DNA of 64,000 nt from Candidatus Uhrbacteria bacterium (GTDB taxonomy: Bacteria > Patescibacteriota > Patescibacteriia > UBA9934 > GWF2-40-263), in the NCBI GenBank assembly GCA_014239775.1, contig JAAZYG010000005.1:6746-70745 (forward strand), written 5' to 3'. This document shows, in pieces, positions 56,809 through 64,000 of the stretch (its first letter is position 1; every line of letters starts with the position of its first letter). Below the pieces are notes generated by a model. The model was not told the origin of the DNA. It was given only the letters and a program-made list of their open reading frames with translations, and ran no database searches. The position numbers and the translations under genes are program-made.

Positions 56809-57396
56809 TTAAATATTGAATCTGGTAAATCCTCTTATGTGCATATTTTCACCTAGGGCCACAATTTGCTCCTTTAAATATACGTCTATTGTTTTACTGT
56901 CATCTTTTATATATTTTTGCTCCATCAGAACGATTTCGCCATACCATTTATTCATCTTACCCTCTATTATCTTTCCGATAACTTCTTCTGGTTTGTTCTC
57001 ATGCTTCATCTCATCTCTGAATAATTGCATTTCCTTTTCAACCATATCTTTAGGCACATCCTCGCGCTTTAAATAAGATGGATCTTCTGCACTCACATGC
57101 ATTGCTATGTCATTACAAAATGATATAAACGTTTCATTTCTTGCTACAAAATCTGTCTCACATAACATTTCTATTAAAGCACCCAACTTACCGTTTGAAT
57201 GAATGTATGCATGTACACGACCCTCACTTGTTTCACGACCGGCTTTTTTTGCTGCTTTAGCAATACCTTTTGTACGGAGCTCTTCAGAAGCTTTTTCAAG
57301 ATCACCACCTGTAGACTCAAGTGCTTTTTTTGCATCCATCATTCCAGCACCTGTCTGAGCACGTAATTGAGCAACTAATTTTGCATCAATAGACAT
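56809..57396 (-). CDS. tsf: elongation factor Ts (short form)
   Basis: N-terminal UBA-like LVAQLRAQTGAGMMDAKKAL and the ...E.ETDFVARNE. dimerisation motif. Confidence 0.8.
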   Translation of the reverse strand: MSIDAKLVAQLRAQTGAGMMDAKKALESTGGDLEKASEELRTKGIAKAAKKAGRETSEGRVHAYIHSNGKLGALIEMLCETDFVARNETFISFCNDIAMHVSAEDPSYLKREDVPKDMVEKEMQLFRDEMKHENKPEEVIGKIIEGKMNKWYGEIVLMEQKYIKDDSKTIDVYLKEQIVALGENMHIRGFTRFNI

Positions 57397-57425
57397 AATA
57401 AAAAACTTTTATTTATAATTTAAAT

Positions 57426-58172
57426 TTATTTTGTTTTTACTGTATTGACCACAATCTTTTCCTTCTTTTCTGTAACTATTTTTGCAGCATTTGCTTTTCC
57501 TACCTTAATTGCATCACAAACTAATTTAGATAAAATCTCAATTGACTTTACAGCATCATCATTTGCAGGAATAACTTTATCAATTTTAATTGGATTGATA
57601 TTGGTATCACACACAGCAACAACCTGTGTTCCGGTTACCTTAGCTTCTAAAATTGCTGTTTTTTCATTTTTTACATCTATAACAAACATAGCTTCAGGAA
57701 CACGTGTCATATCTTGTATTCCACCCACTTTAATCTCCAATTCATCGATTTCACGACTCATCAATAACTGCTCTTTTTTTGTATACTTTTTCAATTCTCC
57801 TTTATCTCTTTTGTCTTTTAAAGACTTAAGTCTTTTAATAGAATCCTTGATTTGCTTAAAGTTTGTAAGAGTACCACCCAACCAACGCTCAGTTACGTAT
57901 GGCATTCCACTTTCCTCAGCATACTTTTTTACAATATCTTTAGCTTGTATTTTTGTACCTACAAACAAAACAACACCACCACGTGATGTAATCTCAGTTA
58001 TTGTATTTAATGCATCCTGCAAAAGACCTGTTGTCTTTTCAAGATTAATAATGTGTACACCTGAACGAACACCAAAAATAAAAGGATCCATTTTAGGATG
58101 CCATCTAGACGTTTTGTGTCCGAAATGCATTCCTGCCTCAAGCATTTCAGTCAATGACGGAAGTTTTAACAT
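57426..58172 (-). CDS. rpsB: 30S ribosomal protein S2
   Basis: MLEAGMHFGHKTSRWHPKM N-terminus. The tsf-rpsB pairing supports the call. Confidence 0.9.
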   Translation of the reverse strand: MLKLPSLTEMLEAGMHFGHKTSRWHPKMDPFIFGVRSGVHIINLEKTTGLLQDALNTITEITSRGGVVLFVGTKIQAKDIVKKYAEESGMPYVTERWLGGTLTNFKQIKDSIKRLKSLKDKRDKGELKKYTKKEQLLMSREIDELEIKVGGIQDMTRVPEAMFVIDVKNEKTAILEAKVTGTQVVAVCDTNINPIKIDKVIPANDDAVKSIEILSKLVCDAIKVGKANAAKIVTEKKEKIVVNTVKTK

Positions 58173-58308
58173 ATTTTTTCCTTTTTAGACTTCAGTGGCA
58201 ACTTTTGGCCCATAAATCATGGGAGGATCAAAAGAGGTTGTATCCACTTGTGAAATTAATTACGCGAAAAGTATAAGAAAAAACCTAAAATAAGTCAATA
58301 TTACCAAC

Positions 58309-58333
58309 AAAAAAACAGCGATTTCTCGCTGTT
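58309..58333 (-). terminator. intrinsic terminator after the M20 peptidase gene
   Basis: The minus strand reads acagcga-gaaa-tcgctgt followed by TTTTTTT. Confidence 0.5.
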
Positions 58334-58339
58334 TGACGA

Positions 58340-59794
58340 TTAAACATCGTCAGCAATGTGAATATAATGATCTCTCAATACCTTTGCAATGCAAGCTGTA
58401 AGCTTTTTTGCATAAGGAATATGAAGAAATTCATTAGGCCCGTGTGCATTTGCACCTGGCCCTAACACACCAGTAATCACAAACTGTGATTGAGGGAACT
58501 TATCATGAAGCATTTTCATAAATGGAATTGTTCCACCTTCACCCATATACAAAGCTTTTTCTTCAAAAAAAGCCATTGAAGCACCCTGAATAGATGATTC
58601 GAGCCAAGAAGCAAGCGTTGGAGCATGCCACCCAGGCCTTGCAGTACCAGTAAAGGTCACTTTTGCATGAATGAGTTCATGGTTTTCAAGCATGAACTTC
58701 ACTTCCCTATATGCAACTTCTGGATCCAAAGTTGGTGGGATTCGAATAGACAACTTTAACTCTGTAAATGGTCTTAATACATTTCCAGCATCCTTAATTG
58801 CTGGAATACCACCAACACCAGTTACCGACATGGCCGGACCCCATGTTCTTGCAAGAACAAGATCCGTAAGTTCATCTGACTCGATGTCAGGTGAATTATG
58901 TGCCCATTGAAACCGCTCATACAAAGCATGTCCAATTGTCTGTGCTGCATCTTGTGCTTGCTCGCGACGCTCTTCAGGAATATCAACACACAAAAAATCA
59001 CTCATGTGTTTTTCAAATACACAACCATTTGTGCTTTCAATCCTATCCAATGCACTCCTAATGATTCGGAAGCTGGATTCAACAATGCCACTTGCATCAC
59101 CCGAATGAACACCTTCCTCGAGCACATCAACACGCAATGTACCTATAACCAAACCTCGCAATGAGCTTGTAAGCCACAACTGATCATAATTACCTGCCCC
59201 AGAATCAAGACAAATAACCAAATCTGGTTCGCCAATGCGATCAGACAAGTGATCAAGATAAAAAGGAAGGTCTGGACTACCAGACTCTTCACCTGTTTCA
59301 ATGAGTATAACGCAACGAGCATGCGATATGTTTTGTTTTTGAAGTGCCAAAACAGCTGTCAAACTTGCAAAAACAGAATAACCATCATCTGCCCCACCGC
59401 GTCCATATAACCGCTCATCACCTTTATCATCAACGATGATCTTTGGTGTCCACGGGCCAAGACCGCGCTCTGCGTCCCAACCAACCATTTCTGGTTGCTT
59501 GTCTAGATGTCCGTACATCAGCACGGTTGCATCAGAATCACCTGGAATCTCCAACAACAAAATAGGTGTACGACCATCAATGTCAATAACCTCAACACTA
59601 ACATGCTTGGGCGCATGCGCACGACACCAATTTTCTGCTAATTCTACAACCTTATGCACATGACCATTTGACCTCCATTGAGCATCAAAAGCCTTGCTTT
59701 TTGCTGGAATTGCAATATATTCCTTAAGTGTTTTTAAAATTTTCTCATCCCAGAATTTATTCACCCAATCTAATAACAATACAGTGTTCATCAC
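58340..59794 (-). CDS. M20-family metallopeptidase (dipeptidase/ArgE/DapE-like)
   Basis: HLDKQP, GRGGADDGY, IETGEESG, and a C-terminal His in a GPGANAHGPNE context. Confidence 0.65.
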   Translation of the reverse strand: MMNTVLLLDWVNKFWDEKILKTLKEYIAIPAKSKAFDAQWRSNGHVHKVVELAENWCRAHAPKHVSVEVIDIDGRTPILLLEIPGDSDATVLMYGHLDKQPEMVGWDAERGLGPWTPKIIVDDKGDERLYGRGGADDGYSVFASLTAVLALQKQNISHARCVILIETGEESGSPDLPFYLDHLSDRIGEPDLVICLDSGAGNYDQLWLTSSLRGLVIGTLRVDVLEEGVHSGDASGIVESSFRIIRSALDRIESTNGCVFEKHMSDFLCVDIPEERREQAQDAAQTIGHALYERFQWAHNSPDIESDELTDLVLARTWGPAMSVTGVGGIPAIKDAGNVLRPFTELKLSIRIPPTLDPEVAYREVKFMLENHELIHAKVTFTGTARPGWHAPTLASWLESSIQGASMAFFEEKALYMGEGGTIPFMKMLHDKFPQSQFVITGVLGPGANAHGPNEFLHIPYAKKLTACIAKVLRDHYIHIADDV

Positions 59795-59895
59795 AACTCT
59801 CCTTTAATACTGACAAAAAATAGGTTAATCCCTCCTTTTTTTTAATGTACTGTTCAAACAACTTGGCAAAAAAAAGTCAAAAAGTCAATACTAAA

Positions 59896-61053
59896 CTATT
59901 TTATAAACATGGCATCTCCAAATGAAAAAAAACGATATTTTTTATCTATTGCATGATTGTATGCATTTAAAATGCTTTCTCTTCCAGCAAAAGCAGATAC
60001 CAATACAAGTAGTGTTGATTTTGGTAAATGAAAATTTGTAATTAAAGCATCAACAATATTAAATTTAAATCCTGGCTTTATAAACACATCTACATCACCA
60101 GAGTATCCACGCAATCCAATCTTTTGATCTACACCCTCTAAAGCACGCACAACCGTAGTACCAACAGCAATGACTCTCCTACCTTCTTTCTTTGCTAATA
60201 AAATCCTTTCTACGACTTCTTGCTTTATTGTGACATATTCTGCGTGCATTTTATGCTCACTAACAGTTTTAAATTTCATTGGCATAAACGTACCCATCCC
60301 AACATGCAAAGTAATATATTCCAATTGAACACCTTTCTCCTTTAATGTATCCAATAATGATTCTGTGAAATGGAAACCTGCTGTTGGTGCAGCAACAGAA
60401 CCGGTATTAACTGCATATATTGTTTGATACTCATCTAAATTTATAATGTCATTTTCTATGTATGGTGGTACTGGTATGTGCCCATTTTCATTAACAAAAT
60501 CAATCACATCACCTTGTGTCATATCAAATACAACAGTAGCAACCCCATCTTCCTGCACAGCTTTTAAAACACCACTCATCCCAGCAAAAGACATAACTGA
60601 ACCAACAGAAAGTTTTCTTAGAGGCTGAATTAATACATCCCATTCAGATTCATGCTCACCAGAACGTCTGGGTCGTAATAAAAATACCTCAAATTCTCTA
60701 TTTTTTGCAGCAGCATACATTCTTGCTCTAAATACCTTTGTATTATTCAAAACTAAAACATCACCCCTATTTAATTCATCTGATAAATTAAAAAACTGTT
60801 TTTCATCTATCGACCCGGTTTTCTTATCTAAAACCATCAACCTAGACGAGTCTCTTGGTCTAACAGAACATTGTGCAATTAGCTCCTCTGGAAATGTGAA
60901 ATCAAATAAATCTGTTAAATCATTCATAATAGCGACATGATGCTCTATAATTAGACTATTGACAAGTTGATGTTTCATTGCTAAAATTCGCACAAAATTT
61001 ATGAACGTACGTATACTAGCGTGCAAAGAATATGAAAAAAGAAATACACCCAC
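59896..61053 (-). CDS. queA: S-adenosylmethionine:tRNA ribosyltransferase-isomerase
   Basis: DFTFPEELIAQ...RDSSRLMVL and the C-terminal YRFFSFGDAM. The true start is probably internal, at MKHQLV or MNDLT. Confidence 0.8.
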   Translation of the reverse strand: MGVFLFSYSLHASIRTFINFVRILAMKHQLVNSLIIEHHVAIMNDLTDLFDFTFPEELIAQCSVRPRDSSRLMVLDKKTGSIDEKQFFNLSDELNRGDVLVLNNTKVFRARMYAAAKNREFEVFLLRPRRSGEHESEWDVLIQPLRKLSVGSVMSFAGMSGVLKAVQEDGVATVVFDMTQGDVIDFVNENGHIPVPPYIENDIINLDEYQTIYAVNTGSVAAPTAGFHFTESLLDTLKEKGVQLEYITLHVGMGTFMPMKFKTVSEHKMHAEYVTIKQEVVERILLAKKEGRRVIAVGTTVVRALEGVDQKIGLRGYSGDVDVFIKPGFKFNIVDALITNFHLPKSTLLVLVSAFAGRESILNAYNHAIDKKYRFFSFGDAMFIK

Positions 61054-61319
61054 AATACTTCAATAAATCAACAATATCCTGTGCTTGTGGAGCAAACTAT
61101 CAAACAGGTTCAACTATTGAGAATATTCAAGTAGAACTTTGTTCTAAATGTCACCCTTTCTACACTGGTAAACAAAAAATCATTGATACTGCACGTAGAG
61201 TTGAGAAATTCCAGACTCGTCTTGCTCAAAAATCAACTGATGTTGTTAAGAAAAAAACCAAGCATGCAAAGCGTGATGAGCAAAAGAAAGAAAAACAAGC
61301 GAAAAAACAAGAGGCTTAA
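61032..61319 (+). CDS. rpmE: 50S ribosomal protein L31 with Lys-rich C-terminal extension
   Basis: MKKEIHPQY...C.CG......CSKCHPFYTG zinc-ribbon L31 signature. Confidence 0.85.
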   Translation: MKKEIHPQYFNKSTISCACGANYQTGSTIENIQVELCSKCHPFYTGKQKIIDTARRVEKFQTRLAQKSTDVVKKKTKHAKRDEQKKEKQAKKQEA

Positions 61320-61331
61320 ATATAAACTAAA

Positions 61332-61366
61332 AATACCTTTGACTATTGTACCAAAGGTATTTTTTA
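61332..61366 (+). terminator. intrinsic terminator after rpmE
   Basis: aatacctttg / caaaggtatt 10-bp stem followed by TTTTT. Confidence 0.6.
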
Positions 61367-61388
61367 TTTAAGATTCTTATACAAACAT

Positions 61389-62453
61389 ATGGATCTACAA
61401 AAACAAATCGAAAATTATCAAAATAAAGTAAAGGAGCTTGAATCTAAACTTACAGATGCAAGCGTTCTTTCTGATACAAAAAAATTAAGGGAAATTACCG
61501 CAGAATACAATAATGGAAAAATAATTTTAGAAATCGGTAACAGATACACAAAGACAGTGTCGGATCTTAAAAGTGCAGAATCTGCCCTTGCTGAAACAAT
61601 GGATGAGGAAATGAAGGAACTGGCACATGAAGAAATAAATGAATTAAGTACAAACTTACCCATAATAGAGAAAGAGCTACTTCTTGCACTTATACCAGCA
61701 GATCCAATGGATAAGAAAAATATTATTATAGAAATTCGTGCAGGTGCCGGTGGAGATGAGGCTTCGTTGTTCGCAGGAGAACTAATGAGAATGTACACAC
61801 GTTATGCTGAAGTTAATAATTGGAAGACAGAGCTTATTTCAGCAAACAGAAACGAAATAGGAGGTTTTAAAGAAACAAGCTTTTCAATTAAAGGAAGTAA
61901 CGTGTTTAGTAAACTAAAGTATGAAAGTGGTGTACACAGAGTGCAGCGTGTACCTGAAACCGAAAAACAAGGACGAGTACATACATCAACAGCAACTGTG
62001 GCAGTATTACCAGAAGCAGAAGAGGTAGATGTAAAAATAAGCCCTGGTGATCTAAAAATTGAGGCAACAACATCCACTGGAGCAGGTGGTCAAAGTGTAA
62101 ACACAACATACTCAGCCGTAAGAATAACCCATTTACCAACAGGTCTTATGGTGTACTGCCAAGAAGAACGATCTCAAAAACAAAACAAAGAAAGAGCGTT
62201 ATCAATAATACGTGCACGTGTATATGCGATGGAACAAGAAAAAGCTCAAAAAGAAAGAGCAGATGCAAGACGTGGTCAGATAGGAACAGGTGATAGATCA
62301 GAAAAAATAAGAACTTATAATTTTCCACAAGACAGAATCACAGACCACAGAATCAAACAAAACTTTCATGACATTCCATCTGTCATGGATGGTGGTATGG
62401 ATACGATAATTAAATCCATGAAAGAAGCTGAATTAGTTAAACAATTATCTTAA
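61389..62453 (+). CDS. prfA: peptide chain release factor 1
   Basis: GAGGQSVN is the GGQ motif, and RVPETE is the PxT tripeptide that recognises UAA/UAG. Confidence 0.85.
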   Translation: MDLQKQIENYQNKVKELESKLTDASVLSDTKKLREITAEYNNGKIILEIGNRYTKTVSDLKSAESALAETMDEEMKELAHEEINELSTNLPIIEKELLLALIPADPMDKKNIIIEIRAGAGGDEASLFAGELMRMYTRYAEVNNWKTELISANRNEIGGFKETSFSIKGSNVFSKLKYESGVHRVQRVPETEKQGRVHTSTATVAVLPEAEEVDVKISPGDLKIEATTSTGAGGQSVNTTYSAVRITHLPTGLMVYCQEERSQKQNKERALSIIRARVYAMEQEKAQKERADARRGQIGTGDRSEKIRTYNFPQDRITDHRIKQNFHDIPSVMDGGMDTIIKSMKEAELVKQLS

Positions 62454-62477
62454 ATACTCAATATATAATCATTGACA

Positions 62478-62507
62478 AAAAACCATACAAACTGTATGGT
62501 TTTTTTA
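62478..62507 (+). terminator. intrinsic terminator after prfA
   Basis: aaccatac-aaact-gtatggtt followed by TTTTTT. Confidence 0.55.
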
Positions 62508-62538
62508 CTCCTAGTAATACTTAATACTAGAAGCTTTT

Positions 62539-62687
62539 GCCTGAGTGAGGGTTGTATTATTAGCCTGGAACAATTAACACACCTCCCTCCTTCTATGCAT
62601 GCTCGTATGAACATGTGTAGTGTTAAATGTTTTAATGATACAACCCTCGCTAGGCCTTTAAAGAATCTGACAAGGTTCTTTTTTTTT
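62539..62687 (+). ncRNA. candidate small structured RNA with its own terminator
   Basis: Long-range pairing of gcctgagtgagggttgtat (62539-62557) with atacaaccctcgctaggc (62638-62655), enclosing CACCUCCCUCC. A second hairpin gaatc-tgacaa-ggttc plus T9 is at 62663-62687. Confidence 0.3.
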
Positions 62688-62764
62688 AAAGTTATGCACA
62701 AATTTAGTGTACACATCTGTGGACAACCTAAAGAAAATAACAAAAATCCAAGTAATATGTACTG

Positions 62765-62793
62765 TTGACATGTATGTATGATACTGATATTCT
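62765..62793 (+). promoter_or_regulatory. sigma70-like promoter with no downstream ORF
   Basis: TTGACA (62765-62770), 17-nt spacer, TATTCT (62788-62793). Confidence 0.4.
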
Positions 62794-62799
62794 AGTTTT

Positions 62800-63965
62800 T
62801 ACCCAGTCGTGAAATAAACAACCAACCTACAATGCCTTGGCAAAGTAATTAGGGAGTAAATTAATCGACAGTTAGAAGATAATCAAAATATTTAATGTGC
62901 TCGCTTGCGGGTCATAAAATAAAAATTTTCTTCTAATGGTAGATACGGTTATTTAAAATGATCAACTAAAACCACAATTTAAGGATTGGTTTAACAACTT
63001 TCATCCATAAATTGAAAAGTATTTTCGTCATTAAATGTTTGTGTGCGATCTCAGGATTACATCCAACGATCTGTGGCATAATGAAAATACGGTAAGTCAT
63101 TGAGATTTTTAAATAATTGAATCAAAATCAACTGAAGGTTTAGGTATGAAGCTTGTTGCTTTCTAGGATTGATAAACAACTCACGAAGTTTTTCTCCCCT
63201 ACAGCACAGCCATTGCCACTAGATTGTAAAGTACTCTGAATGGTTCCATGGAATCACAAAGACCGCTTCAACAGCTAGTTAGTTATTAGTAATCAAAACT
63301 CTTAGGCAACTAGGAGACTACTGAAACTGAATCCACGGACGTTTAAAGGTCACCATACCCTCAAACAACCAATGATTTAGCGGAACTATTAATTTGAATA
63401 CTAATGACTTTGAGTGGACCATGGTGGAACACTTTAAACTGAAAGTTGATTTGTGAAATTGGTGGCAACACTTATTTCACACGTTCCTCCTATGTAAACT
63501 TTAGCAATTAAGAATCAATCTGAATTGAGTATTATCCATTTTCAACATCTGGAAACATACAAAAGACAGATAGGTAAATTGATTTGCTTTGCACACATCA
63601 GTGGCAACACTTGATAATACAACGCTTTTTAAGCAGTATGTGCATATAAAAGTTTGCGGGTTTTCAAACAACTGAAGAGTTTGTGTGGAAATGACATGAA
63701 ATACTGTCACTTCCCTAGATTACGCATTCGCGTTTTGTCATCATTGCAACTTGAGTGTCACAACAAAAGTAGCAAGACTGCACAAAGTAAAAAATGAGCA
63801 ATCAAGAAAACACAAGCTTAACAGTGAGAGGATGGATTTCACTCCTGAATCTCGTGTGATGAAAAAATGAAGGCAGTTGGATGAAGATCTGATAGTAAAG
63901 AATTTATTCTAGGATAAATCCTAACTAACAGATCTGATTCCTCTGCTGACATTGGAACAACTCTT
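62800..63965 (+). ncRNA. ORF-free candidate long non-coding transcript, bounded by the promoter at 62765 and the terminator at 63966
   Basis: No ORF of 60 aa or more in five of six frames over roughly 1.2 kb. Base composition is more balanced than in typical intergenic DNA here. The transcript is bounded by the promoter and terminator annotated as separate features. Confidence 0.25.
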
Positions 63966-64000
63966 AGAGCTCTCAGCTTGCTGTGAGCTCTTTTTCTTTT
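63966..64000 (+). terminator. intrinsic terminator at the window edge
   Basis: agagctctcag-cttg-ctgtgagctct with one mismatch, followed by TTTTTCTTTT. Confidence 0.4.

Noticed and set aside
61418-62328. Multiple antisense ORFs (61418-61798, 61802-62077, 61906-62139, 62146-62328) inside prfA.
   Set aside because: They are shadows of the RF1 gene, which carries the GGQ and PxT motifs.
62800-64000. Possible rRNA gene start at the window end (ATGCCTTGGC resembles a 23S 5' motif).
   Set aside because: The surrounding sequence lacks the conserved 23S and 16S blocks and is far too AT-rich and divergent. It is treated as an unknown non-coding unit instead.

Overview
This 64-kb window is AT-rich (roughly one-third G+C by eye) and gene-dense. 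It carries about 70 protein genes, most on the minus strand, and three tRNAs (Thr-TGT, Tyr-GTA, Thr-GGT). I see no rRNA, no CRISPR array and no classical transposase or integrase. The gene content fits a small-genome fermentative bacterium, plausibly Patescibacteria/CPR (inference). The clues are a TrmB-type regulator, short EF-Ts and TsaB, several GT2/GT4 glycosyltransferases including a CesA-like QxxRW enzyme, a DUF360 holin-family protein, many small orphan proteins, and the glycolysis genes gap-pgk-eno-gpmI plus tpiA with no TCA genes. Housekeeping genes recognised from motifs are rplJ-rplL, rpsB-tsf, rpmE-prfA, glyQS, frr, holB, mreB, xseAB, uvrD/pcrA, nth, queA, metK, pyrH, mltG, and a lexA-sORF-dinB SOS cassette. 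rpmG (L33) is missing from the ORF track and was found by reading the minus strand next to the tRNAs. Four places stand out and are detailed in the findings.

1. At 13.0-15.8 kb a promoter drives a roughly 450-nt leader packed with long perfect hairpins, then a compositionally foreign (~50% G+C by eye) 411-aa Cys-rich ORF with a basic C-terminal tail, then a nested-stem 3' element, then a separate promoter-to-terminator unit encoding a 50-aa Cys4 peptide. I cannot place the ORF in a known family; TnpB, IscB, HUH-Rep and RT were each considered and are not supported by motifs. I rank this as the best candidate for an undescribed mobile or RNA-associated module.

2. At 3.5-5.9 kb a GC-elevated class III nucleotidyl cyclase carries a 385-aa N-terminal domain of unknown function. 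A small orphan ORF follows it, and the locus abuts the 3' end of tRNA-Thr.

3. At 29.5-30.1 kb a protein is built from four tandem copies of a roughly 42-aa C-x4-C-x8-C-x2-H zinc-ribbon module.

4. At 62.8-64.0 kb a roughly 1.2-kb promoter-to-terminator unit has no ORF of 60 aa or more in any frame.
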